NCBI GenBank assembly: GCA_018648685.1
Contig: JABGQT010000140.1
Span: 19,920 to 83,919 of the forward strand
DNA: 64,000 bases
Origin: Anaerolineae bacterium
GTDB lineage: Bacteria > Chloroflexota > Anaerolineae > Anaerolineales > Villigracilaceae
Direction of reading: 5' to 3'
The position numbers and the translations under genes were made by a program. Position 1 is the stretch's first letter; the number at the start of each line of letters is the position of its first letter. Below the pieces are notes generated by a model, which worked only from the letters and a program-made list of their open reading frames with translations, had not been told where the DNA came from and did not search any database. This document shows positions 35,070-43,605 of this stretch, piece after piece.

Positions 35070-35797
35070 TAAAGATGATTGGAAAATTCAAAATTCAAAT
35101 GCTTGTTGTAATACTTATGTTGGCTGCGTTTGCTTTGCAAGCCTGCGCTCAATTTGCAGTGATAGAAACAGATGTGCCCCAAGCTAGCCCAGCACCGAAC
35201 GACACCGCAACATGGACACCGAGGCCGAAAGAGCCAACCGCGCCGCCAACTGCAACCAAAACCCCGATCTCCAATACACCAACGCCAGCTCTAGCGCCCA
35301 CGCAGGCAAAAGAAACTCTTTTTAGTGTTACTGGTGGAAACCTGAACGTGCGCCGTGGCCCGGATTTGGCTTATAACTATCTCGGCGTGATGTATGATGG
35401 TGATGAAGCTGTTGCAATTGGGCGTGACAGGAAGGGGGATTGGCTGTTGATAGAGCTGCCTTCCAAACCAGGTGTAGAAGGTTGGGTAACAACCGAAACA
35501 GAGTATTCCACTGTAGAAGGAAATATTCGCTCCTTGCCAATTGTGGAAGTAGAAGAGGCTCTTCCTGCTTTTATCCGTAATTGCACAAAACATACGATTT
35601 TGGTGCAGCCTGTAGAAATACAATTGCTCGACAAATATAATGAGCCAGATAATGTAGGGCACTTTGATGTTGCCACATACCAAATATACGATGTAGACAT
35701 ATCGGGAAATGTGCGTTTGGAAGATGTCAGCCTGTCGGAAGGAAGAACAGTGGATATTATCTATGATGGGAATGGGGATAAATCAAAGTGTGAGTGA
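35066..35797 (+). CDS. Lipoprotein with a Pro/Thr-rich linker and a bacterial SH3 domain
   Basis: 243 aa. The start overlaps the moeA stop (ATGA). It has a lipobox (LQAC) and an SH3_3-like block (LNVRRGPDLAYNYLGVMYDGDEAVAIGRDRKGDWLLIE). Confidence 0.55.
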   Translation: MIKMIGKFKIQMLVVILMLAAFALQACAQFAVIETDVPQASPAPNDTATWTPRPKEPTAPPTATKTPISNTPTPALAPTQAKETLFSVTGGNLNVRRGPDLAYNYLGVMYDGDEAVAIGRDRKGDWLLIELPSKPGVEGWVTTETEYSTVEGNIRSLPIVEVEEALPAFIRNCTKHTILVQPVEIQLLDKYNEPDNVGHFDVATYQIYDVDISGNVRLEDVSLSEGRTVDIIYDGNGDKSKCE

Positions 35798-35885
35798 TGT
35801 AAAGGTTAGGATGAGGGGAGTTGCTCCGCTGATTGATTCTAAAATGTATGGGAATAAATAACTGCCATCGTATGGGAGGTTTCTA

Positions 35886-37208
35886 ATGTTAGATAAATTA
35901 TCTAGTCCAAGGTGTTTTGAATGTAAAGAAGAAATTACCGAGAAAGATAAATTGTGTTTTTATTGTGGAGCAGATCTTGAGCGGCAGTATAGTATAGTGG
36001 AAAAGAAAATACTTGCGGAGGAGTACTATGATGATGCGCTGAAAACCTGTAATTCAGGAAGAAGCTTGGAATATGCCTTGACTGATGTTGAGTTGTCTAT
36101 CCAGTTTAATCCTGATGTAGCTGAAGCACATAATTTACGAGGGATTATCCTAGATTTAATGAGTGAAAAGAGTGCTGCGATTTTGTCATATCAAGAGGCT
36201 ATTCGTATAAACCCGGATTATTCAGATGCAGTGGATAATCTAAAAGAAATTGAAGATGAACAGTTTTCAGAAGGAATAAGAGATTTGGATGTCTTTTCAA
36301 ATAAGAAAGATAGTTTTATAGAAGAAACAAATGCTGTGACTTTATCTCATCAAGAAGCTATTCGCGCTGATTGTAGTGCAAAGGATGCTCTCCAAGAAAC
36401 CAAAAGTGAACAACTTGTGAGAAAGGCTGATGAGTTTGACGCTTTCTCGCGCCAAGAAGATGGATTTGGTATTAGATTTTTAAAAAACATAGTATGGGTT
36501 GTAGTATTGATAGCTGTTATTTTGGGGGCGAATTTTGCATACCGTGAATTTGGGCGTAATTTTATCCTTCCTAAAAACACGATTGTATTTCAGCCTGATT
36601 ACTCTCAGGTCAAGAATGTGACATCTGAAGATTTGGAAACCACGGCGCAGATTCTTTCTGAGCGTGCACAGGCTCTAGGTTATTTCAATGTGTCATTTGT
36701 TATTGACAATGAACAGATCGTAGGAAAAATACCTAACTCTTTAGATGTGGGGATTTTTGCAGAGAGAATTTCTCCTGTCGGTTTATTGGAGTTTGTTGAT
36801 TTTGGAGAGACCCCAATAAGCACGGGAAGTTTAATTAATACTGGTTTTAAAAGTTTACAAGAACTAGACGAAAAAAAATGGCACACTGTTATGACAAATG
36901 ATTATATTGAAGAAACAAGTGTCGTTCAGGATCAGGTGGGCGGATACCAAATCGCGTTTTCTTTAACAGACGATGGTAGCGAAATATTTGCTGAATATAC
37001 TGGTGAAAATATAGGCACATATTTGGGCATAGTATTAGACAAAGTTGTTGTTTCATCACCATATATTCAATCTGAGATAACAGGAGGTCAGGGAGTTATT
37101 ACTGGGCAATTTACCCTCGATGCAGCTGAAGATTTGGCTGTAATACTAAAAACGAAAGCATTGCCTTTCCCCATTAAGTACGTAGATGGTTTTGATACAG
37201 TAGAATAG
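35886..37208 (+). CDS. Zn-ribbon / TPR / single-TM protein with a SecD-P1-like extracytoplasmic domain
   Basis: 440 aa. It has an N-terminal CxxC..CxxC, TPR-like repeats and one TM (VWVVVLIAVILGA). The C-terminal part (IGTYLGIVLDKVVVSSPYIQSEITGGQGVITGQFTLDAAEDLAVILKTKALPFPIKYV) closely resembles the SecD periplasmic P1 domain. Confidence 0.55.
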   Translation: MLDKLSSPRCFECKEEITEKDKLCFYCGADLERQYSIVEKKILAEEYYDDALKTCNSGRSLEYALTDVELSIQFNPDVAEAHNLRGIILDLMSEKSAAILSYQEAIRINPDYSDAVDNLKEIEDEQFSEGIRDLDVFSNKKDSFIEETNAVTLSHQEAIRADCSAKDALQETKSEQLVRKADEFDAFSRQEDGFGIRFLKNIVWVVVLIAVILGANFAYREFGRNFILPKNTIVFQPDYSQVKNVTSEDLETTAQILSERAQALGYFNVSFVIDNEQIVGKIPNSLDVGIFAERISPVGLLEFVDFGETPISTGSLINTGFKSLQELDEKKWHTVMTNDYIEETSVVQDQVGGYQIAFSLTDDGSEIFAEYTGENIGTYLGIVLDKVVVSSPYIQSEITGGQGVITGQFTLDAAEDLAVILKTKALPFPIKYVDGFDTVE

Positions 37209-37250
37209 TTACTATATTTTTACTTATTATCATCTAATTCTCTGAAGCCT

Positions 37251-39179
37251 ATGTCTGTATACCTCCACGATATTCCCCTCGATAAAGCTAAAGCCGCGCT
37301 CAAAGAAGCTCTGCAAAATGCTGATTTATGGCGCGTGCTGGCAACTGAAAATATCCCCCTCGGCGAAAATGCGCTTGGGCGCGTTCTCTCCGAGCCGATT
37401 TGGGCGAAGGTCTCCTCGCCGCATTATCATGCCTCCGCGATGGACGGATTTGCCGTCCACGCAAAGGATACAGCTGGTGCAACTCTCACCGCACCGCTCA
37501 CGCTTCAAATCGGTGAAGAAGCTCAATATGTTGATACCGGCGATCCGCTGCCTGATGGTTTCAATGCCGTCATCATGATCGAAGAAACCGAAGCGCTCGA
37601 TGCCAATGGCGAGATTACACCCGCCATTCGTGAGCCGAAAACCATCCGCATCCGCGCCGCTGTCGCACCGTGGAAACACGTTCGTCCGCTCGGTGAAGAT
37701 ATTGTCGCCACACAGCTTGTTCTCCCAGCTGGGCATATTTTGCGCCCCGTCGATTTGGGCGCAATTGCCGCTTCGGGGCATACTGAAATCCCCGTTTCTC
37801 CCAAGCCCCGCGTTGCCATTTTGCCCACTGGCACCGAACTGGTCGAAATCGGCTCTGAACTCAAGCGCGGCGATATTCTCGAATATAACTCTCTTGTTTT
37901 GGCGGCGCAAATCAAAAAGTGGGGCGGTCTCGCTACTCGTTTCCCCATCACGATTGATGATTTTGACCTGATCGCAGAGCGTGTAGCCGAAGCCGCTCGT
38001 GAGCATGACCTGATTTTGCTCAACGCAGGTTCATCGGCGGGCGCGGAAGATTTCTCCGCAAGCGTCGTCGAAAGACTTGGCACGCTTTTAGTTCACGGCG
38101 TTGCCGTTCGCCCGGGGCATCCTGTGATTATCGGGATGATAGAAAACAAACCCATTATCGGGATGCCGGGATACCCCGTCTCGGCTGCGCTGACGGGAGA
38201 AATTTTTGTCGAAGAAATGATCGCGAAATGGACGGGACGCACGCCAATTGAGCTTGCTACCGTTAAAGCAGAATTGACCCGAAAAACAACATCCCCCGCT
38301 GGAGACGACGACTACATCCGCATGGCAGTTGGGCGTGTCGGCGAGCGGATGCTGGCTGCGCCGCTTAATCGTGGTGCTGGCGTGATTTCCTCCCTCGTCC
38401 GTGCAGATGGTTTGGCAATTATGCCGCGCGGCACGCAAGGCGCAGAAGCTGGTGACAGCGTAGACATTCATCTTTATCGTTCTCCCGCTGAATTGGAGCG
38501 GACGATTTTTTGCATCGGTTCGCACGATATGACTCTCGATCTCTTGGCGCAATATCTCTCCCAGCGTGGAAGACGTTTGGTCTCGTCGAATGTTGGGTCG
38601 TTGGGAGGTTTGGTTGCGTTGAAGCGGGGAGAAGCGCATCTTGCCGGGTCGCATTTGCTGGACCCTGTCACAGGGATTTATAACGATGCTTATATTGCGA
38701 AGTATTTGGCGGAAACACCTGTCCAGCAGGTGATGTTGGTTAATCGGGAGCAAGGTTTAATTATCCCAAGGGCGAACCCGAAAAATATTCGAGCGTTGGA
38801 AGATGTCGCTAAGCCGGGCATCCAATTTGTTAACCGTCAGCGCGGTGCGGGAACACGCGTCCTGTTGGATTATCATTTAAACTTATTGGGGATAGCACCA
38901 GAGCAGGTTCTTGGCTATAATAACGAAGAATTTACTCATTTGGGTGTGGCAGCGGCTGTCGCTTCGGGACGCGCAGATTGCGGTTTGGGGATCGCTGCTG
39001 CAGCACAAGCTCTTGATCTGGATTTTCTACCTCTGTTTCAGGAGCGTTATGAGTTGATTATTCCTGATATTTATTTTGAAAGCCCTCTTTTGACTCCGCT
39101 TTTCGAAATAATTGAGAGAGAAGATTTCAGAAAAACTGTCGCAAATATGCCCGGCTATAGCTTTGGAGAAGAAATATGA
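37251..39179 (+). CDS. MoeA fused to a C-terminal periplasmic-binding-protein-like (molybdate/tungstate-binding type) domain
   Basis: 642 aa. The first ~410 aa are MoeA-like (SAMDGFAV, PTGTE, NAGSSAG, PGYPVSA). The last ~230 aa resemble the PBP-like domain seen in MoeA/ModE fusions. Confidence 0.75.
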   Translation: MSVYLHDIPLDKAKAALKEALQNADLWRVLATENIPLGENALGRVLSEPIWAKVSSPHYHASAMDGFAVHAKDTAGATLTAPLTLQIGEEAQYVDTGDPLPDGFNAVIMIEETEALDANGEITPAIREPKTIRIRAAVAPWKHVRPLGEDIVATQLVLPAGHILRPVDLGAIAASGHTEIPVSPKPRVAILPTGTELVEIGSELKRGDILEYNSLVLAAQIKKWGGLATRFPITIDDFDLIAERVAEAAREHDLILLNAGSSAGAEDFSASVVERLGTLLVHGVAVRPGHPVIIGMIENKPIIGMPGYPVSAALTGEIFVEEMIAKWTGRTPIELATVKAELTRKTTSPAGDDDYIRMAVGRVGERMLAAPLNRGAGVISSLVRADGLAIMPRGTQGAEAGDSVDIHLYRSPAELERTIFCIGSHDMTLDLLAQYLSQRGRRLVSSNVGSLGGLVALKRGEAHLAGSHLLDPVTGIYNDAYIAKYLAETPVQQVMLVNREQGLIIPRANPKNIRALEDVAKPGIQFVNRQRGAGTRVLLDYHLNLLGIAPEQVLGYNNEEFTHLGVAAAVASGRADCGLGIAAAAQALDLDFLPLFQERYELIIPDIYFESPLLTPLFEIIEREDFRKTVANMPGYSFGEEI

Positions 39180-39541
39180 AGGAAGCCCTTGTAATTGACG
39201 ATAATCGTAAAACAGCAGACGCTCTTGTAGAGATGGTGAGCCTTTTGGGTGTCGCAGCACGTCCGGCTTATGGTTCAAGCCCTGCGATGGCTTTGCTTGG
39301 AGAACATACGCCTTCTTTGATTTTATTAGATGTGAATATGCCCGGCGTAGACGGTTTTGAGATCTTGGCTTATTTGCGCCGTGAGCCGCGCCTGATGAAT
39401 GTGCCTGTGATCGTGGTTACTTCTGACGATCAGCCAGAAACAAGAAAGCGTGTAATGGATGGTGGCGCAGAGACGATGATTATAAAACCAGCCTCTCTTC
39501 ATCAATTGGAAAGTGCTTTAAGGGACACTGGCGTTTTGTAG
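39176..39541 (+). CDS. Single-domain response regulator (receiver only)
   Basis: 121 aa with the DD pair, phospho-acceptor context (LILLDVNMPGVDG), VVTS and KP. The start overlaps the previous stop (ATGA). Confidence 0.85.
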   Translation: MKEALVIDDNRKTADALVEMVSLLGVAARPAYGSSPAMALLGEHTPSLILLDVNMPGVDGFEILAYLRREPRLMNVPVIVVTSDDQPETRKRVMDGGAETMIIKPASLHQLESALRDTGVL

Positions 39542-39569
39542 CTTTTGCTTGGAAATACCGATATAAAAA

Positions 39570-39605
39570 AGCGGCGAGCAGAGTAATCTGTTCGCCGCTT
39601 TTTGT
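39570..39605. terminator. Bidirectional terminator between convergent genes
   Basis: AGCGGCGAGCAG pairs with CTGTTCGCCGCT (one mismatch). It is flanked by A6 and TTTTTGTTTTT. Confidence 0.8.
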
Positions 39606-39607
39606 TT

Positions 39608-41224
39608 TTATGCTTTTATCGCTACCAAACTCATCGCATACTCAGCTAATGCCGTAATCGATAAACTTGGGTTTACGCCCGGATTCCCCGGCATAATTGA
39701 GCCATCGATTACATATAGGCCAGAGTAGTTGTGAATGCCAAAATCCAGGCCAACCACGCCTTCGTTTTCATCAAGCCCGATCGGTACGCCGCCCATAAAA
39801 TGCGCGGTCGTGGGGAAGTTGAAAAGCCCATCTGTAAATGCTGCTTGCGGAATACCATTTGCGCGTTCGGCTATTGTTTTGACTACCTCGTTCCCGACAG
39901 GGATTTGCTTTGGGATGGGGTAATCGGCGTCTGGTTTTAGCACCAAGCCTTTCATGAAAAGTGTAAAGATATTTCTCCCTCGTCGCACATGGGTCAGGTT
40001 ATCTTCAGTTTGCATAATCAGCAAGATTGTCGTGACGCGTGCCCAATTTGCCAGAAATTTCTCGTATATAAAATCGAAGGGGTGGCGCAAAATCTTCCCT
40101 GCCATTCTCAAAAAACGCAGCCAGATCGGATGATCGCCTTCAATAAAAGGCATCGTCAACGCCCGAATAAAAGACGATCTCTCAGCGTATTTGACAGGCT
40201 CGATCCGCGTCACCTCGTCTGCCTGAAAAATCGACGTGATCGCAATCCCCTCCGAATAATTTACATCATTTTTGCGCATCGCCACGCCCATGATATTCTC
40301 AGAGTTGGTGCGGACCTGGTCACCTAATTTTTGTGATATTTTGGGGAGGGATTGAGTCTCGTCGCGGCATCTGAAGAGTAATTCCATTGTGCCGAGCGCG
40401 CCCGCAGCCACGATCACGTTTCGCGCGTGGATTTCAGTTTGCTTCCGTTTAATAAGTGATGTCGAGGGCTGGTACAGGATTCTATAACGAGGGCCAGTTG
40501 AATTCATGTCCGTGACTGGTTTTATATCCACAACTTTAGATTCTGGGATTATTTCTGCCCCGTTTTTCTCGGCAAAATAGAGATAATTCTTCGAGAGCAT
40601 ATTTTTGGCGTTATGCCTGCACCCGACCATACATCCCCCGCAATGGATGCAGCCCGCACGGTCGGGGCCTTTCCCATCGAAAAAGGGGTCGGGAACGGTT
40701 TCGCCTTCTTTGTCAGGATCACCAAAGAAAACGCCCACGTCTGTTGCGTGGAAACTATCTGCATAGCCCAACTCGCCCGCGATTTGGCGAAGATGTTCAT
40801 CTGCCGCCCAAAGTTTAGGATTACGCGTCACGCTCAACATCCGGCGCGCTGTCGCATAGTGCGGGGCAAGAATCGTTTTCCAGTCGGCGAGATCTTGCCA
40901 GCCAGTTGTCTGAAAGAGTTTGTCATCCGGTTCCATGAGCACATTGCCATAAGTCAGGCTGCCGCCGCCAACGCCGCTGCCATGCAGAGCGAGTAGACCG
41001 TTCATAAAGGTCATTTCAAAAAAGCCGAAAAGCCGCAATTTGGGCAACCAGAGAAATTTAGGCAAGTTCCAATTTGTTTTAGGAAAATCCTTATCGTCGA
41101 AGCGTTTGCCACGCTCGATGACGAGTACCGAATATCCCTTTTCACTTAGGCGCATAGCAGAAACCGAGCCGCCGAAGCCAGAACCAATGATGACGTAGTC
41201 GTAAACTTGTTCAGACATTAGCAT
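39608..41224 (-). CDS. GMC family oxidoreductase (cholesterol-oxidase-like)
   Basis: 538 aa with the FAD motif (DYVIIGSGFGGS) and a GMC C-terminal block (DGSIMPGNPGVNP). Confidence 0.85.
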   Translation of the reverse strand: MLMSEQVYDYVIIGSGFGGSVSAMRLSEKGYSVLVIERGKRFDDKDFPKTNWNLPKFLWLPKLRLFGFFEMTFMNGLLALHGSGVGGGSLTYGNVLMEPDDKLFQTTGWQDLADWKTILAPHYATARRMLSVTRNPKLWAADEHLRQIAGELGYADSFHATDVGVFFGDPDKEGETVPDPFFDGKGPDRAGCIHCGGCMVGCRHNAKNMLSKNYLYFAEKNGAEIIPESKVVDIKPVTDMNSTGPRYRILYQPSTSLIKRKQTEIHARNVIVAAGALGTMELLFRCRDETQSLPKISQKLGDQVRTNSENIMGVAMRKNDVNYSEGIAITSIFQADEVTRIEPVKYAERSSFIRALTMPFIEGDHPIWLRFLRMAGKILRHPFDFIYEKFLANWARVTTILLIMQTEDNLTHVRRGRNIFTLFMKGLVLKPDADYPIPKQIPVGNEVVKTIAERANGIPQAAFTDGLFNFPTTAHFMGGVPIGLDENEGVVGLDFGIHNYSGLYVIDGSIMPGNPGVNPSLSITALAEYAMSLVAIKA

Positions 41225-41309
41225 TCCTTAATTTTTGTTTTGACAATACAGGTATTATAATGGCAAGGTTTATCGGTATTATAGAAATAATATAAAGAGG
41301 CTCTTTATA

Positions 41310-42197
41310 ATGCATATTGCAAAAATTTTACAAAAACCGGGTCTTCATTTTAGCTTTGAATTTTTCCCGCCAAAGACGCAAAAGACCTCTGATGAGCTTT
41401 TTCAGTCGATGAAGGAATTGTCATCTATTGGTCCAGCTTATGTTAGTGTGACTTATGGTGCAGGTGGTTCAACACGTGATTTGACGCATGATCTTATTGC
41501 GCGGGTTCGTAACGAGACGGATTTGACAGTTGTCGCTCATCTGACGACTATTGGCGCGACGCGAGGGGAACTTCACGATATCTTGCAAGAATACGCTGAT
41601 TGCGGACTTGACAATATCATGGCGTTACGCGGTGATCCTCCTAAAGGTTCGCCAGGTTTTATTCAGCCAAAAGATGGGTTTCGCTATGCAGCAGATTTAG
41701 TAGCTTATATCAAAAAGCATTTCCCGCAAATGGGTGTTGGTGTAGCCGGGTTTCCGGAAGGGCATCCTGAAACCCCAAATCGCCTAAAGGAGATGGATCA
41801 TCTGAAAGCCAAAGTAGATGCTGGCGCAGATTATATTTGTACGCAGCTCTTTTTTCAGAATAGAGATTATTATGATTTTCGTGATCGCTGTGAAATGTCA
41901 GGCATCAATGTTCCGATTATTGCTGGGATTATGCCGATCATTTCGCGAAAAGGTATGAAGCGTATTTCAGAATTAGCTTTAGGTTCACGAATCCCTGCCA
42001 AATTGCAGCGAGCAGTTATGCGTGCTTATGATGATGATGCGGTTGCGAAGGTTGGCATTCACTGGGCTACGCAGCAGGTTTTTGGTTTATTTGATCGTGG
42101 TGTAACAGGTATTCATTTTTATACGCTGAATCGTTCAAAGCCAACTTTGAAAATATATGATGCGCTGGGGATTAAGTCGGAGAATAAACCGAAATAG
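41310..42197 (+). CDS. metF: Methylenetetrahydrofolate reductase, conventional MetF type
   Basis: 295 aa with SFEFFPPKT, VTYGAGGST and ALRGD blocks. Confidence 0.9.
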   Translation: MHIAKILQKPGLHFSFEFFPPKTQKTSDELFQSMKELSSIGPAYVSVTYGAGGSTRDLTHDLIARVRNETDLTVVAHLTTIGATRGELHDILQEYADCGLDNIMALRGDPPKGSPGFIQPKDGFRYAADLVAYIKKHFPQMGVGVAGFPEGHPETPNRLKEMDHLKAKVDAGADYICTQLFFQNRDYYDFRDRCEMSGINVPIIAGIMPIISRKGMKRISELALGSRIPAKLQRAVMRAYDDDAVAKVGIHWATQQVFGLFDRGVTGIHFYTLNRSKPTLKIYDALGIKSENKPK

Positions 42198-42210
42198 CCC
42201 CCCTCTCTAA

Positions 42211-42232
42211 CTCCCCCCGCTTGCGGGGGGAG
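42211..42232. repeat. C6/G6 hairpin module (copy 2)
   Basis: CTCCCCCCGCTTGCGGGGGGAG lies 14 nt after the metF stop. A pyrimidine-rich lead-in is shared with copy 1. Confidence 0.6.
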
Positions 42233-42247
42233 AATCTGTTATCACAA

Positions 42248-42296
42248 AAGAGGTTTAGATTGCACTACATGAGGGCAATCCAAACCTCTTTTTTCT
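42248..42296 (+). terminator. Intrinsic terminator after metF
   Basis: AAGAGGTTTAGATTGC pairs with GCAATCCAAACCTCTT (16 bp, one mismatch), followed by TTTTC. Confidence 0.75.
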
Positions 42297-42354
42297 TTCC
42301 CCCTAAATACGAAGCATTTGGGGGGAAGCTCCGAGCGGAGCAAGGAGCAGGGGG

Positions 42355-43119
42355 CTATGAACTTCGCTTACCGGGGGAAATGTAATTTGTCTTTTTATAA
42401 GGTTTAATTTGTTCGCCGATATTATTTACGATCAGGTGCCCCGACTCGTGCATGAGGGTATCGTGATTGAAATCATTTAGCTTTGTCATGCTTGCCAAGC
42501 ATGGGAAGTGGTGATGGAGCAATCCCGCCTTTTCTTCAGCTTCGTCAACAGACAGGCCAATAAGTCCATCGGCGATGTGGCGGGCGCATCCGCAGACGGC
42601 ATCTACTTTGACTGCGGCCGAGGTGATTTTGCGGGTGTCGGGGTCAACCTCTACTTTTAGGTTTGGTTTCCCAAAATAGCGTGCGAATTCAGAAATTTCT
42701 TTACTCTCGTAGCTAAGTCTGTCTCGGCGAGTGATGCCATAATCATGTTCTGTTAGTGAGCAAAGTGGCTTTGGTGTTGCGCAAGCCACATCCATTCTTT
42801 CTAGCCAGCCTCGTAGCTGACGCGATAATCCGCGTGGCAACCAGACTTCATTGTCTACGGCAGCGATGACGGCTTTTGCGCCGATATTCTGTGCAATATC
42901 AGGGAGCAATTCTGCTACGCCGCGATGCTCAGCAAAGGATAGTAGAAGATCAGCAGCAGGAAGATCTTCGGGGATATATTCTTCAGGGTAGTCGATGATG
43001 GGAGGGAGGATTGTGGGGGCTTGCCAAGTTTCCAAGCTCCAGGATGACGGGGCGTGCAATTTGATATTTTGCAGATGCCGTTCCCCATATTCCCCGGAGA
43101 TAATTGTCAAAATTTTCAT
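42355..43119 (-). CDS. DUF166 family protein
   Basis: The start at 43119 (MKILTIISGEYGERH) is preferred over the track start at 43191. Cys/His blocks are present (CATPKPLCS, VCGCARH, HHHFPCLASM). It is divergent from the acs operon. Confidence 0.55.
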   Translation of the reverse strand: MKILTIISGEYGERHLQNIKLHAPSSWSLETWQAPTILPPIIDYPEEYIPEDLPAADLLLSFAEHRGVAELLPDIAQNIGAKAVIAAVDNEVWLPRGLSRQLRGWLERMDVACATPKPLCSLTEHDYGITRRDRLSYESKEISEFARYFGKPNLKVEVDPDTRKITSAAVKVDAVCGCARHIADGLIGLSVDEAEEKAGLLHHHFPCLASMTKLNDFNHDTLMHESGHLIVNNIGEQIKPYKKTNYISPGKRSS

Positions 43120-43480
43120 AAGTGCTGCCTCTAATTTATTTGACCAACAAGGAAATTGTATCACGGTGATGGTGTGTGTTTTTTGGCACAAATCAAGGAT
43201 GACATATATCTGATTTCTTAGTGACAGTGAATACTACGGAGCAGTATGCTAATCTTCTATACTGTAACTGATTAAGGCATTTGTCCGGTGAACTTATGTG
43301 CTTGCCAAGGGGTGGCTGCCTAGCAAAATTCTATAAAACTTTTACGGTTAGTTTTTATGAGGTCTATGAAGAATATGCGGCTTAGTATAAATTCCAGACT
43401 ACAAAGACTGTGGTTATATCCGTATATGAGTCATTCACCAGGGCAATACGAGAGCAATATTCAGATTTTATGATATTTAG

Positions 43481-43520
43481 AGCCAGTGCGCATGGATGCG
43501 CGCTGGCTTTTTCTTTTTTC
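43481..43520 (+). terminator. Orphan intrinsic terminator inside the acs operon leader (attenuator or sRNA 3-prime end)
   Basis: AGCCAGTGCGCA-TGGA-TGCGCGCTGGCT forms a 12-bp stem with one G-U pair, followed by TTTTCTTTTTTC. It lies 85 nt upstream of the first operon start, and no credible ORF precedes it. Confidence 0.7.
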
Positions 43521-43534
43521 TCAACCAATCAAGT

Positions 43535-43553
43535 CAGATATTCAGAATATCTG
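43535..43553. promoter_or_regulatory. Perfect 8-3-8 palindrome CAGATATT-CAG-AATATCTG upstream of the acs operon
   Basis: Read directly. It lies between the orphan terminator and the AAGGAGG RBS of the first acs-operon gene. Confidence 0.4.
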
Positions 43554-43605
43554 CATTTAATATTTAACGATTACGTTTGCTTAGAAACTAAAGGAGGCTA
43601 GCCCC

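Noticed and set aside
34472-35182. 236-aa minus-strand ORF across the moeA / SH3-lipoprotein junction
   Set aside because: Both plus-strand genes are supported by motifs and an ATGA overlap. The antisense product has no recognisable features.
37326-38753. Three long minus-strand ORFs (226, 186 and 221 aa) opposite the MoeA-PBP gene
   Set aside because: The plus-strand frame carries the MoeA motifs throughout. The antisense ORFs have no motifs or RBS.
41240-41261. TTGACA and TATAAT hexamers upstream of metF as a promoter
   Set aside because: The hexamers are only 10 nt apart, far from the 16-19 nt spacing needed for a sigma-70-type promoter.
43200-43520. Cobalamin riboswitch in the acs leader (suggested by GGTGAA and GCCAGTG strings)
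   Set aside because: These are only two short, loosely similar strings. The GCCAGTG is part of the terminator stem, and the other conserved B12-element blocks are not visible. The region is left as an unclassified leader.
43410-43601. 63-aa ORF in the acs leader
   Set aside because: It reads straight through a strong intrinsic terminator and has no RBS. Its composition is not protein-like.
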